DNA from: Octopus vulgaris
Taxonomy: Eukaryota
Assembly (NCBI GenBank): GCA_951406725.2
Contig: OX597818.1
Location: forward strand, 52,638,001 to 52,702,000
Direction: 5' to 3'
DNA: 64,000 nucleotides
Numbering within the stretch: position 1 is the stretch's first letter; each line of letters begins with the position of its first letter. The notes under the pieces were generated by a model. That model had not been told where the DNA came from, searched no databases, and was given only the letters and a program-made list of their open reading frames with translations. Positions 40,869-54,531 of the stretch are shown in pieces. The position numbers were made by a program, and so were the translations under genes.

Positions 40869-41180
40869 GTTGTTCGTGTTTGTTTCTTCTCGAGCCATGC
40901 CTGGCTCATAAGGGCCGGTTTCCTAGTTTCATTGGCGTATAGGTTCCCCACCTGAACGGGACACCGGTCCTTCGCAGGTGAGCCGCTAGATGCAGGAGGA
41001 AAGAGTGAGAGAAAATTGTGGCGAAAGAATCAAGCAGAAGTTCGCCATTACCTTCTGCCAGATCTGCCTGGAGCTTAGGTGTTTCGCTCATAAACACACA
41101 CATCGCCCCTTCTGAGATTCGAACCCGTGATCCCTTGACCGTGAAACCGCTGCTCTAACCACTAGGCCATGTGCCTCCAC
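40869..41180 (-). mobile_element. SINE family C with TSD
   Basis: TSD ATCGATGAGAAT at 40857-40868 and 41181-41192. Confidence 0.92.
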
Positions 41181-41378
41181 ATCGATGAGAATATACCTTA
41201 CAATTTTTTTTTTCCGGCGATCTATTCATTTTAAAAACGCTTTTGAAGATTCGAAAGTGAATTTCTGTTTGCTGTTATTTTTCATCATAAATCATCTCCT
41301 CTTAGTTTATATTTTTTCATAACACACGTGATTCTTTGGAACTTTGAGACAACCGCAGTGTTTCAACCACTTTGTATA

Positions 41379-41463
41379 TCTCTATATATATAAACGGCAA
41401 AATGTCTGTGTATGTGTCCTTTATACAAATCTATGACCCGACGTTGCCGGGTCATAGTGCTAG
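41379..41463 (+). mobile_element. 85-bp mini-Helitron
   Basis: A/TC start, CTATGACCCGAC GTT GCCGGGTCATAG hairpin, CTAG/T end. Confidence 0.75.
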
Positions 41464-41675
41464 TCTCAGTTAAAGCTAACCACCCGGTCTGATAGATCTG
41501 ACAAGAGTACGAGCACTTCAAAAGTGCCTGACCTGGACAATGGCCACCTAGGAGAGAGAAACGACCTGTTCAAGAAAAGTATAAGATGGAAATATAGTGG
41601 ATCTGACTTGGCCAATATATTTGTTGACTCATGTAAAAACATGACACTGGCGTCCATGGCATATATTCTCATCGA

Positions 41676-41983
41676 TGTGGAGGCACATGGCCTTGTGGTT
41701 AGAGCAGCGGTTTCACGGTCAAGGGATCACGGGTTCGAATCTCAGAAGGGGCGATGTGTGTATTTATGAGCGAAACACCTAAGCTCCAGGCAGATCCGGC
41801 AGAAGGTACTGGCGAACTTCTGCTTGACTCTTTCGCCACAACTTTCTCTCACTCTTTCCTCCTGCATCTAGCAGCTCACCCGCAAAGGACCGGTATCCCG
41901 TCCAGATGGGGAACCTATACGCCAAGGAAACCGGGAAACCGGCCCTTATGAGCCAGGCATGGCTCGAGAAGGAACAAACACAA
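41676..41983 (+). mobile_element. SINE family C, inverted duplicate of 40869-41180
   Basis: Shares private variants and 15 bp of flank with the first copy. Confidence 0.9.
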
Positions 41984-42263
41984 ATAGTTGAGCATGTGTA
42001 GATCTCTTTTGTTGAATGTTTGGCACCTTGTTTAGAACTGTCTGATCCAGCAGCCAACAAATTCTATCGGCTCATTCTTTTTGACAAGAATGGTGAGGAA
42101 TTTTTGTATGTCTTGTGGATATGGCAAAAATGCTATTAAAGAGCATGATACCAAAAAAGCTAAGGTCAGATATTTTTTTTCCTTTCCAATTATGTTTGCC
42201 ATCGTCTTCAAGTTTCACTGGATGTGAAAGGTGAGGAAGAAGAGGGACAGAGAAAGAGAGAGC

Positions 42264-42298
<35 letters not shown>

Positions 42299-42696
42299 GA
42301 AGGATTTTTTTTTATCGTGGTATAAATGTTATGGAAGATGGGTGGGAATAACAGGATTAACGCGAATCAAAAGGGCCAACGTTTTAGTTTCCTCGGGAAA
42401 CTGGGACGTGGTAAAGAAGAAAAAAAAAATTCCGAAAGAAATATAAAAGGAAATGGAAGAAAGAAGAAAGAAAATGATAAAAGTCGTTCAAAATCAACAA
42501 CAGCAAACGACTCCATTTTTAATGGCGACAAGGAAATGAAAGAAATAGAATGATTGCACAGGAAGTCAGTTTTAATTATATATTCCTCCCCACCCGCGCT
42601 CTTTGTATTTTTCTATGTTTTCTGTATCTACCTACCTACCTACCTACCTATCTATCTATCTCTCTCTCTCTATCTATATATCCCATCTATCTAACC

Positions 42697-42765
<69 letters not shown>

Positions 42766-42919
42766 CCTACCTACCTATCTACCTATCTATCTATCTATCT
42801 ATCTATCTGCCTACCTACCTACCTACCTACCTACCTACCTATCTATCTAACCATCTATCTATCTATCTATCTCTATCTCTCTATCTATTTATCCCATCTA
42901 TCTAACCATCTATCTATCA

Positions 42920-42970
<51 letters not shown>

Positions 42971-43043
42971 AATCTATCTATCTATCAGTCTGTCTGTTCG
43001 TGTGTATGTCTCTGTCTCTTTCCCGATAAATACATACACACAT

Positions 43044-43090
<47 letters not shown>

Positions 43091-43599
43091 TGCACACATA
43101 CACAGACATGTATGTATTTTTAATGTGCGATTGTCCAAAAGAGAGGGGTCAATGTCCATTAGTCTGCAACCCACTCAAGCTGGTGTGATTGGTGCAGAGA
43201 TGTTTATTCTGCACATCTGTAGATTTTTATGTCTGCAGGGAAAAAGAAATTGGCAAGTGGGGAAATAAAGAGATAATTCTAAATAATGGCGAGATTGAGC
43301 GAAGGGTTTCGTGCCACGTCTGGAAAGTGCATTGTAGAAAGAGTTGATGGGAGAAGATTAGACTGGTGGGTTCGATGTTCATGGGTGAAAAGGTAAGCAG
43401 TTTTGCTAATTTAAAGGAGTAAGGGTTGTTAACGCAGCAGCGCAAGAAACAGAGAAAATAAAGTGGAAATATGTAAGATATAAGCTGCAATGTGTTGCTG
43501 AGTACAGTTTACAGTCAGTCGAATGGCTTTCTTTTGAATAAGAATAACAATACATATAAACTGACTTAAAACCTAAGTGGTATGAAGTTAATTCTGTTG

Positions 43600-43830
43600 A
43601 AGGCGGCGAGCTGGCAGAAACGTTAGCACGCCGGGCGAAATGCGTAGCTGTATTTCGTCTGCAGTTACGTTCTGAGTTCAAATTCCGCCGACGTCGACTT
43701 TCATCCTTTCATAGTCGATAAATTAAGTATCTGTTACGCACAGGGGTCGATGTAATCGACTTAATCCCTTTGTCTGTCCTTGTTTGTCCTCTCTGTGTTT
43801 AGCTCCTTGTGGGTAGTAAAGAATTAGGTA
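43600..43830 (+). mobile_element. SINE family B
   Basis: Homology to other copies. Confidence 0.9.
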
Positions 43831-43959
43831 TGAAGTTACATCCGGATTGTACTGTTCAACTCCAGCATCGATTACTGTAGCTTCTCTAGTTTAGCGAAGA
43901 TTATCTTAGTTTAGGCGCTGTTCTGCAGAACGACGCTTCCGAAACGTAGCCATTTACTA

Positions 43960-44370
43960 TTTAATTTAATTCAATTTTTTGGCTCAAAAATCAAAAGCAA
44001 GGCCATGTAGGGGGACATGGAGTTATGTACAGGGTGGTGTTCATACAAAGAGTTCAGGCCATTTCTGGTCAAGAGAGACTTTGAACCGAGCAGTCGTCGG
44101 CATCTTCACTATCTCGTCTGGCAGCTTATTCCACGGATCCGCAACCCGGACAGAGAAGGCCCCTCTCCTTCGATTGAGATGAAATCGTCGTAGATAGAGC
44201 TTTTCGGAGTGACCCCGCAGCCCACGCTCTGGAGCAGGAGTGAAGAACAGCTCTTTCGAGAGGTTACACTTTCCGCTTATGATGTTGTGATCACCACGGT
44301 GCCGTCGTTTCTCGAGAGAATAAAGGTCGAGCGTCTTCAACCGTTCTTCATATAAGACAAATGCTCACAG
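43960..44370 (-). mobile_element. CR1-like LINE 3' end
   Basis: LYSLEKRRHRGD, RGHSEKL, FSVRVADPWNKLP, FKVSLD; (AAATT)n-like tail. Confidence 0.92.
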
Positions 44371-45138
44371 ACAATGATCAGATATCAGTATGTGATGAAG
44401 CTATCTTGATTCGAGAAGTTAGTACAGCCACTCAATAGAGGGGGTCAGCTCGGTGAAATGCTTTCGATTTATCTAAAATCAAGTTACGTTTTGAACTTCA
44501 CGTATTGCAGAAACCCTTTCGTGTATCTGATACTGTTATAGGCCTTTCTTCCCATTACTCATTCTCTGCCGAAACTTAATAAAAACTTTCGATTTAGATT
44601 TTGAAGTTCGCCATTTCCAATGTATTCGCGCTAGAAACACAAAAACAGTTGGGTAAGGCACAGTTTAAAAATAGCAGACATTCGGATGGAATTGAACACC
44701 GCACAACCATTTCGTCAAAAGATCGAGGTGTAACTTTGTAGCCATAATCATGTGGCTTCCTCCCGATCAAATGAAACAGCTTTCATATCGTCTTAGATTT
44801 AAAGCATATGCCCCATTGTGACAACACAGTTTTCATGTTTGGTATCAAAGAAACAAAACACAAACACTTATTGTCTTAAGGGAGGGTTTAGTCCATTATT
44901 TCAACTCTCCACGGTATCCAAATGGTGTTTATTTTATTGAGCACGAAAAGATGAATGAGAAAATCAACGACAGAAAGATTAGAACTTAGGGGAGAAAAAT
45001 ATGTAACTAAACACTGGAAGATATTTATTCTGGTATTATACGGAGGAGCAATTTTAAAACAACTCCAATGTAATATTAACTTATATAATACTAATGTACG
45101 ATAGTGAGTCAAAAGTAATACAGTTTGTTTAATACAAA

Positions 45139-45551
45139 GGATCTTTTCGGTTTGAACGACAGTTTTTTAAAATAATTTCCACGTAACTAAACACTTTTAA
45201 ACTTCGTATACTGGTAGAATGTGTTTATAAAACATCTTTTTCTCTTGGATTTATTGAGAAAATTCTATAGTTTGTAAGATAATTTGTTGTTTTTTTTTCT
45301 TCAATTTCTGCAATTTCAACTAATCAATAACGTCTATTGAGGTAAAAACATTCTGTGCCGTATGAATATGTCCCTCGTTTAAGAAACAGATTGGGTTTAT
45401 TTACATTTGTGAAGAAAAAAAAATACCCTTCCCCCCACCCCTAACCCTAAAACAGATTGAAATGCAATAGATCGATACTAGGGTCATAATTATGGGTGAA
45501 AATTTCATATGGCATCGCTAGAAAAAACTGCCGTTCAAACCGAAAAGGTCC
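45139..45551. mobile_element. Merlin-like MITE copy 1
   Basis: TIR GGATCTTTTCGGTTTGAAC / GTTCAAACCGAAAAGGTCC; imperfect 8-bp TSD AATACAAA/AATATGAA; CCCTAACCCTAA inside. Confidence 0.75.
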
Positions 45552-45619
45552 AATATGAAAAGTAAGGAAGACAATCAAACATAATGTACATCAAAATACA
45601 ACTACACATCCAAGGTTCT

Positions 45620-45760
45620 CACCCCTACTTCTCAACAGTCACCAACTCTTTCAATGACAGGGTTTCACCTACAAACAAGGGCATATAACTCAGCTTCGCA
45701 AAACTCAGCTGGTTGCCGACGTAGCCAATTCTTTACAACAGTTTCGGTGTATTTAGTATA
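45620..45760 (-). mobile_element. Mariner transposase C-terminal remnant
   Basis: VKNWLRRQPAEFCEAELYALVCR*. Confidence 0.65.
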
Positions 45761-46387
45761 AATTATAATAGTTATAGTAGTAAATCTACTCATAGTCAGC
45801 AGCCAGCAGATTTCTACCAAACTGGGACACATGCCCTCATTCGTAGGTGGAACAACTGCCTTTAGAAGAGTGGGTGAGTATGCTGAGAAGTAAAGATGTC
45901 TAGTTATACTGTGAAGTACGTAAATCGACAAGCTGGCAGACGCGTTAGCAAACCGAGCGAAAGTCTTAGCGGCGTCTCGTCTGTCTTAATGCTCTGAGTT
46001 CGAATTCCGCTGCGGTTGACATTGCCTATCATTTTTTTTTTTTCGGGGCCGATAAAATAATTTTCCAGTTAAGCTCTGGGATCGATGTAATCGACTTACT
46101 CATTCCCCCTCGCAATTATTTCTAACCTTGACGCAAAGCCTGCAATTTTGAAGGGAGGAGGTAAGTTCGATTACTGATAGTTTATTTTATCGACCACCAA
46201 AGAATGAAAGGAAAACTTAATCTCAACAGGATTTGAGCTCAAAATGTAAGAGTCGGAAAAAAAAAATGCCATTAAGAAGTGTTGTGCGATGCACTAACAA
46301 TTCTATGAGCTCACCTCCTGCAATAATAACAACTACAATGATAATATAATAATAATTATCAACAATTATATATATATATATATTATA

Positions 46388-47842
46388 GTGGAAGCACATG
46401 GCCTAGTGGTTAGAGCAGCGGACTCGCGGTCGAGGGATCGCGGGTTCGAATTTCAGACCGGGCGTTGTGTGCGTTTATTGAACGAAAACACGAGGCTTCG
46501 GTAGGGGGTAGTGGCGACCCCTGTTGTACTCTTTCACCCCCAACTTTCACTCTGATAATATATTAATATTAATAATAATATTAATAATAATAATAATAAT
46601 TAACAATTATTATAGTGGAAGCACATGGCTTAGTGGTTAGAGCAGCGGACTCGCGGTCGAGGGATCGCGGGTTCGAATCTCAGACCGGGCGATGTGAGTG
46701 TTTATTGAGCGAAAACACCTGAAGCTCCACGAGGCTTCGGTAGGGGGTAATGGCGAACTTCTGTTGACTCTCTCGCCACAACCCTCTCTCACTCTTTCCT
46801 CCTGCATCTTGCAGCTCACCTGCGACGGACCGGTGTCCCGTCCAGGTGAGGAACCTATACGCAAAGGAAACTAGGAAACCGACCCTTATGAGCCAGTCGT
46901 GGCTCGAGAAGGAACAAACAATATATACTATAATAATCCTTTCTACTCTAGGCATAAGGCCAGGAAAATTGGGAGAGGGGCCAACTGGTACGTAATTTAT
47001 CGACCCCGAATGTATGAAAGGCAAAGTCGCACCTCGACAGAAGTTGAACTCAGAATGTAGTGGCAGACGAAATACCTATTTCTTTACTACCTACAAGGGG
47101 CTAAACACAGAGAGGACAAAAAAGGACAGACAAACAGATTATGTCGATTATATCGACTCCAGTGCATAATCGACCCCGAAAAGATGAAAGGCAAAGACGA
47201 TCTCGGCGGGATTTGAACTCAGAACGTAGCGGCAGAAGAAATACCGCTTAGCATTTCGCCCGGCGTGCTAACGTTTCTGCCAGCTCGCCGCCTTTAATAA
47301 TACTACAATAATCCTTTCTACTATAGACACAAGGCCTGAAATTTGGTGAGAGGGAGCCAGTCGTTTAGATCGATCCAGTACACAACTGGTACTTAATTTA
47401 TCGACCCCGAAAGGCTGAAATGCAATGTCGGACCTCGGCGGAATTAGTACTCAGAAATTAGTGGCAGTCGATATTTGAAAATACTATAATAATAATAATA
47501 ATAATAATTAACAGTTATATATACTATAATAGGAGCACTCCGTCGGTTACGACGACGAGAATCCCAGCTGATGCGATCAACAAAGCTTGCTCATGAAATC
47601 AACATGCAAGTGGCTGAGTAATCCACAAACACGTGTACCCGTAACGTAGTACTCAGGAGACTCAGCGTGACACAGAGTGTGACAAGACTGGCCCTTTGAA
47701 ATACGCGTACAACTCATTTTTGCCAGCTGAGTGGACTGGAGCAACGCGAAATAAAGAGTCTTGCTCAAGGACACAACGCGTCGCGGGGAATTGAACTCAC
47801 GACCTTACAATCGTGAGCCGAATGTCCTAACCACTAAGCCAC
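46388..47842. mobile_element. SINE cluster: two family C (+), family B units (-), and a tRNA-headed SINE (-, 47530-47842)
   Basis: A/B boxes and homology to other copies. Confidence 0.85.
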
Positions 47843-47869
47843 TAATAATGATTAACAATATATACTGAT

Positions 47870-47997
47870 AATACAGTTCTATATTTAAGAGATGAGGAAT
47901 TATGTACATTATTTACATTACCACTACGTCATATGCCCGTGGTTAAGAGCGCAAGTTACTAACCCCAAGATTTCATGTTCGATTCCAAGCATTGACC

Positions 47998-48058
<61 letters not shown>

Positions 48059-48270
48059 TCACTAGTACAACACTAACTACAACACTAAATATAAAACCAA
48101 ATATATGGCACACTAGGCATAACACCAACATGAACTTCCAACCTGGTGTCTCTTGAGGTCTCTGGGTGAGACTTGGAGCCAACTTGTACAGATGTGAAGC
48201 AAAAGTCAAACAGAATAATAATAATAATAATAATAACAACATCGAAAAATACCTTAGGAATGAGACTTTT
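47870..48270 (+). mobile_element. Second copy of the tRNA-head/(AAT)n element, with an R4/Dong 3' tip (48065-48213) inserted in its (AAT)n
   Basis: GTGGTTAAGAGCGC..TACTAAC..GTTCGATTCCAAGCA, then (AAT)n, then AACATCGAAAAATACCTTAGGAATGAGA as at 11810-11840 (-); inverted piece upstream. Confidence 0.7.
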
Positions 48271-48271
48271 G

Positions 48272-48599
48272 ACCAAAAATGGCATGACCCCTCTTACCCA
48301 CCCTCCTTATCCACGTGATTTTGCTCCCTGAAACTTTTTTTGTTTCCTCGAATGAAAAAAGTTCTGAAAGGAAAACGTTTTTTCTGATGTCGAAGAGGTG
48401 AAGAAAAATATGAAGGTGGCGTTAAAAGGCATCGCTTCGCAAGAGTTCAAGGACTGCTTCGAACAGTGGAAAACGCGCCTGCACCGATGCATTGCTTCAA
48501 ATGGAGAATACTTTGAAGGCGATAAAAGTGTAAACATGTAAAACCAAGTGAATGAAAAAATATTGCAAAATTCCGGTTTCTTTCGGGTACTTCCTCGTA
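48272..48599 (+). mobile_element. Mariner 3' remnant with TIR
   Basis: HPPYPRDFAP*NFFLFPRMKKVLKGKRF...FEQWKTRLHRCIASNGEYFEGD; ends CCTCGTA. Confidence 0.9.
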
Positions 48600-48909
48600 T
48601 ATTAAAACCCCAAATTAGTTAATACAATTTAAAGTTTAAAAGATAACTTAGAGCTTTTTAAAAGGATTAAAACGATTAAATTTTAACACATATAATTAGA
48701 GGGATTAAATTTACAATGTTTAAATGCAAAGTATGAGATGCTTATTAAAATATAAAACAAGTTAATGCCTTTTAAAATGATTAAGGTTGAAAAATTATTA
48801 AGTATCGCTGTGTTAGAGATAAGATTTTAGCCGTGTCGGGAAGATATGGAAACCCTTAATGAAATGATTAAGGTTATTCACGAAATATACATTTAAACTG
48901 ACAGTGATG

Positions 48910-49295
48910 GTGTGGAAGCACTCCATCGGTTACGACGACGAGGGTTCCGGTTGATCCGATCAACGGAACAGCCTGCTCGTAAAATTAACGTGTAAGTGGC
49001 TGAGCACTCCACAGACACGTGCACCCTTAACGTAGTTCTCGGGGATATTCAGCGTGACACAGAGAGTGACAAGGCCGGCCCTTTGAAATATAGGTACAAC
49101 AGAAACAGGAAGTAAGAGTGAGAGAAAGTTGTGGTGAAAGAGTACAGCAGGAATCACCACCATCCCCTGCCGGAGCCTCGTGGAGCTTTAGGTGTTTTCG
49201 CTCAATAAACACTCACAACGCCCGGTCTGGGAATTGAAACCGCGATCCTACGACCGCGAGTCTGCTGCCCTAACCACTGGGTCATTGCGCCTCCA
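48910..49295 (-). mobile_element. SINE family C head with alternative 3' tail
   Basis: TSD ACTGACAG(T/A)GAT; tail shared with 47530-47710 and ~10025-10160. Confidence 0.88.
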
Positions 49296-49912
49296 CTGAC
49301 AGAGATAACGTAGAGATGCCTATAGCTCGTAGAAGGGTTGAAGTATGGAAGACCATAAAAGGAATAGGGAATAAAACATTGATGGCGATAGATTTGATAT
49401 TTATAAATGCAAAAATAACCACGAAACTATGAAATCTCTTATGATAATACTTGATAATTTTGTATTTTTGTTTTATTATTAACTTAATTATTAATTTTGC
49501 TTTTTTACTATACTGTCGCCAGCTTTATTTACGTTTTATCGCTAATCTATCTTTTTATAGTCTTCCACACATCTTTCATCACCAGTATAAGTCGCAGACA
49601 CCCTCAGCCTCTTTTCTATCACTTTCAATGGGTCCATCAGTTTCGTTAGTAACCATTTGGGCTTCCTTATTTCCTTGAGACCGCCATTGACATCTCTCTG
49701 CACTAGAAGTCTTCAAAAAGTGCGCTGTGGGGCTATCTAGATGCGCTGGGAAGTTTAAAACTATAATTTAAGGATTAAGAAACTATGATAATCCTTAAGC
49801 GTTTTAAAAAAACATGTTATTTACAATTTTATTACACACAAGTATGATGCATAAAAAGAGTTAATCTGTACTTTTCTATTTTTTCTAACTGTTAATCTTC
49901 AAAATATTTTTT

Positions 49913-50542
49913 GGATCTTTTCCTTTTGAACGGCAGACAATTTCTTGTTAACTAAACACTTTAAAACTTCGTATACTGGTAGAATGTGTCAAAATAAAAC
50001 ATTATTTTCACTTGGCTTTCTTGAGAAAATTGTAATTTGTTTGTTTAACGTAGTTTTATTTTTCGAATTTTAACCAATCCTATGCTCTCTTTTGAGCTAA
50101 AATAATTTGCTGCGTCTAAAACTGAGACAACATCCTGTAACTAACCCTAAACCTACCCCCTAACCCTAATTTTTTTTTCTTAATTGTTAACTTAGTTTTT
50201 TATTGTTACGCATGTAAAAAAAACTAAAGCAATGGAATTACATTAAGTTAACAATTAAGAAAAAAAAATTACGGTTAGCGGGGAGGTTTAGGGTTAGTTA
50301 CAGGATGTTGTCTCAGTTTTAGACGCAGCAAATGATTTTAGTTGAATAGAGGTAATCGATTGGTTAAAATTGCCGAAATGCTCGGATTTTCAGACGAAAT
50401 ATCTTACAAACTATAGAATTTTCTCAATAAAGCCAAGAGAAAATGATGTTTTATAAACACATTCTACCAGTATACGAAGTTTAAAAAGTGTTTAGTTAAC
50501 TAGAAATTGTGTTGACATCTGCCGTTCAAAAGGAAAAGATCC
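49913..50542. mobile_element. Merlin-like MITE copy 2, near-complete palindrome
   Basis: GGATCTTTTCC...GGAAAAGATCC; 8-bp TSD TATTTTTT; TAACCCTAA repeats facing TTAGGGTTA. Confidence 0.85.
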
Positions 50543-51241
50543 TATTTTTTAAGCTTTCACACAAATTGCGCTGACAATTCTTATATTTTCCGTACAGAGT
50601 GTGCCAGCAATTTTTTCACGTGTAGTGCTCCACAATGCCCTCAAAGTCAAACAGATATGAGAACTACTATTTTATACTACCGAATCGAAATAACTTTTCG
50701 TTTTAAAGTATTTTAATAATTTTAAATGGCATTAAAGCAACGAACTTGCAGACTGGCTAGCACGCCGGACATGAAGCGTAGCGATAATTCTTCTAGATTT
50801 ATGTTCAGAGTTCAAATTATGCTTGAGACAACTTTGTCTTTAATCTCTCTCTGTGGTCAATAAAACAAGGATCAGTTGAGCACCGAAGTCAGTCTAATTT
50901 GACTAGCCCTCTTTCCCCCAAATTTTAGGGGTTTTGCCACACTTGTAGAAAAAAAGGATTTCAAATTGCATTAACTTGTATCCTATACTTAATATCTTTG
51001 ATTTGTTTTAGTGATTAGACTGCGGCCACACTGGGCCAGTAACTTGAAGAGTTCTTAGTTGAACGAATCGAACCCCATTACTTTCGGTTCTAGTACTTCT
51101 TTTAAAGCCTGGTACTTTATTCTATCAGTCTCTTTTGCCAAACCGCTAAGTTACGGGGACGTTAACAAAGTAACACTGGCTGTCAAGCGGTCGTGGTGGT
51201 GGGACAAACACAAAGACACACACAAACACATGTATGTATAC

Positions 51242-51277
<36 letters not shown>

Positions 51278-51758
51278 GTGTGTGTATGACTCGCTTCTTT
51301 CAGTTTCTGTCTAACAAATCCACTTACAAGGCTTCGGTTGGCCCGAGGCTATAGTAGAAGGCACTTGCTCGAATGTCACGCTGTGGGACTGAACCCGGGA
51401 CCATGTGGCTGGAAAGCAAACTGCTTACCACACAGCCACTCCTGCACCTATTCACACATTTTAACCTAACTGTTCTAGTTATTTTAATCATACTAAGCTG
51501 TCGTTTAAATTTTCTTAATAATTTTAAATTGTTTTAACTTGGTGTAACAGTGTGAAATGCTTGTACGATTTTTTATTTTTCATTACTCTGGAAATATGGA
51601 TATAATATTTTAAACATTTTTCTATGGTCGGTTCTGGGTTCGGTCCCACTGCGTGGCACCTTGGGCAAGTGTCTTCTACTATAGCCTCGGGCCGACCAAA
51701 GCCTTGTGAGTGGATTTGGTAGATGGGAACTGAAAGAAGTCCGTCAAATATATGTATG

Positions 51759-51856
<98 letters not shown>

Positions 51857-52259
51857 TGTGCGTGTGTGTATATGTTTGTGTGTCTGTGTTTGTCGCCCCA
51901 ACATCGCTTGACAATGTGGAATAGTGGTTAGGGCATTCGGCTCAAGATCGTAAGGTTGTGAGTTCGATTCCCGATGGCATGTTGTGTCCTTTATTTCATG
52001 TTGTTCCAGTCCACCCACCTGGCAAAAATGAGTAGTAGCTGTATTTCAAAGGGTCAACATTGACACATTTTGTGTCCTTAATCTACTTTAAGGGTACGTG
52101 TGTCTGTGATATGCTCAACCCCTTGAACGTTAATTTTACGAGCTGGCTGTTTCGTTCATCAGAATAACTGGAACACTCGTCGTAACCGACGGAATACCTG
52201 TTATAAACTGGCATGTTATTTCTAGGCAAACTAACATGTTATTTCTGAGAAAACTTATT

Positions 52260-52665
52260 TTTCCAGGAATAGAATAGTTTTCAGCGTATATTAAACACAG
52301 ATGGTCATTTCGAAACAAGACGGATAGTTTGGTCTTAATTACAACCACCCAGGACCTTTCTATGCCACAAATAATCACACAGATATATTATATCTTCATT
52401 AAAAATTACCGGAATAATTGCTTCTTCATTCTTTGAAACCATTAAGTGATTATGTATTTAATATACAAGACTGACACACGTTTCGTAATATGAAACCACA
52501 AATACCACGAGTAATAAACCCCACCAAACCAACCCAGACGTACGTGAAGCTTATCTGCCAGAAATAAATTAGCCCAGGAGCTACAAGCTATTCAGCCTAA
52601 AGAAGTAAACCGAATATCTGTCCTAATGAATAATATCAACTATGGCCTTCCAACGAGGCATTAAT
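52260..52665 (-). pseudogene. Decayed ionotropic glutamate receptor-like M1-M2-M3 segment
   Basis: One frame: DRYSVYFFRLNSL*LLG*FISGR*ASRTSGLVWWGLLLVVFVVSYY, compare RFSPY..FNSLWF.LG..S.R....VWW....I.SY. Confidence 0.62.
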
Positions 52666-53300
52666 ATACTCTTTTACTCTTTTACTTGTTTCAGTCATTT
52701 GACTGTGGCCATGCTGGAGCACCACCTTTAGTCAACCACATCGACCCCCAGGACTTATTCTTTGAAAGCCTAGTACTTATTCTATCGGTCTCTTTTGCCG
52801 AACTGCAAGGTTACGGGGACGTAAACACGCCAGCATCGGTTGTCAAGCGATGGGGGGAAGGCAAACACAGACACACAAACACATACACGCACCTACATAT
52901 ATGTACATATACACGACGGGCTTCTTTCAGTTTCCGTCTACCAAATCCACTCACAAGGCTTTGGTCGGCTCGAGGCTATAGTAGAAGACACTTGCCCAAG
53001 GCGTCACGCATTGGAACTGAACCTAGAACGATGTGATTGGTAAACAAGCTACTTCCCACATAGCCACTGCTACGTCTACACTCTTATACTCTCTCTTTTT
53101 ACTCTTTTACTTGTTTCAGTTATTTCACTGTGGCCATGTTGGAGCACCGCCTTTAGTCGAGCAAATCGACCCCAGGACTTATTCTTTGTAAGCCTAGTAC
53201 TTATTCTATCGGTCTCTTTGCCGAACCGCTAGGTTACGAGGACGTAAACACACCAGCATCGGTTGTCAAGTGATGTTGGAGGGACAAACACAGGCACACT

Positions 53301-53332
<32 letters not shown>

Positions 53333-53807
53333 CATATATACGATGGGCTTCTTTCAATTTCCGCCTACCAATTCCACTCACAAGGCTTTGGTCAGCTTGA
53401 GGCTATAGTAGAAGACACTTGCCCAAGGTGCCACGCAGTGGGACTGAACCCGGAACCATGTGGTTGGTTAGCAAGCTACTTACCACACAGCCACATGTAT
53501 ATATTTATATTTTATTCCTTATATGCTCCAGTCTCTAGATAGCAGTGATGCTGGGGCACCACCCTGATGGCTTTTCGTCAAACGAAGCGACCCCAATACT
53601 TATTTCTTAAAGCCTGTGTTTATTTTATTGCTGCTCTTTGTCGAGTATAAGTTCGAGGACGTAAGGAAACCAACACTTGTTGTTAAATAATGGTGGTGGG
53701 GAACAAACAAAATACAGACACGACTACACACACACACACACACACACATACACACAAACACACACACACGCACACCCGCATGTGTGTATATATATATATA
53801 TATATAA

Positions 53808-54131
53808 GGTAAAGACCCCCTTCGGTCATGAATGACCATGGGATTGCACCTAGAAAGTTACCCTCCTAGGCACAAGTCCGGGCAAGGTTGTTTATGGAAG
53901 ACCAGCAGTCGCCCATGCATACCGGCCTCCCTCTCCACGCCACCAGTTTTATCCAAGGGAAAGACAAAGGCCGATACAGCTTGGCACCAGTGACGTCGCA
54001 ACTCATTTCTACAGTTGAGTGAACTGGAGCAACGTGAAATAAAGTGCCTTGCTCAAGAACACAACACGCAGCCCGGTCCGGGATTCGAGCTCACAACCTC
54101 ACGATCGTAAGTTCGACGCTCTAACCACTGA

Positions 54132-54135
<4 letters not shown>
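53808..54135 (-). mobile_element. SINE family D (tRNA head plus RTE-related segment)
   Basis: A box TGGCTCAGTGG, B box GAGCTCGAATCC; GTTTATGGAAGACCAGCAGTCGCCCATGC; second copy at 58950-59284. Confidence 0.85.
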
Positions 54136-54224
<89 letters not shown>

Positions 54225-54478
54225 AAGGACAGAAGCAATTGACACTCGTTGTCCTTTTATTCTTTCATACTTTTACTTGTTTTAGTCATGTGACTGTGGC
54301 CATGCTGGAGCACCGCCTTGAAGACGGTAAGTCGAAGAAATCAATCCCAGGACTTATTTTTTGTAAGCCTAGTACTTATTCTATCGGGCTGTTTTACCTA
54401 ACCGATAAGTCACAAGGACATAAGCACACCAACATCGGTTGTCAAGCAATGGCGGGGAGACAAACACAAATACGCACA

Positions 54479-54519
<41 letters not shown>

Positions 54520-54531
54520 CACATACATATA

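Noticed and set aside
43110-43520. Possible CR1/L2-type LINE tail on the minus strand (also mariner-like traces at 11375-11680 and 44400-44640)
   Set aside because: Too degraded to assign by eye.
43915-43952. CTGCAGA...CCGAAACGTAGCC as a hammerhead
   Set aside because: Core and stem II do not fit; too degenerate to call.
46615-46690. tRNA-Arg-like sequence as a tRNA gene (also 9260-9331, 41676, 59215-59284, 63681)
   Set aside because: No proper acceptor stem or T-run terminator; continues into a multi-copy SINE body.
50138-50300. Head-to-head TAACCC/TTAGGG as a chromosome-fusion scar
   Set aside because: Only 2-3 units, inside a TSD-flanked MITE with relatives nearby.
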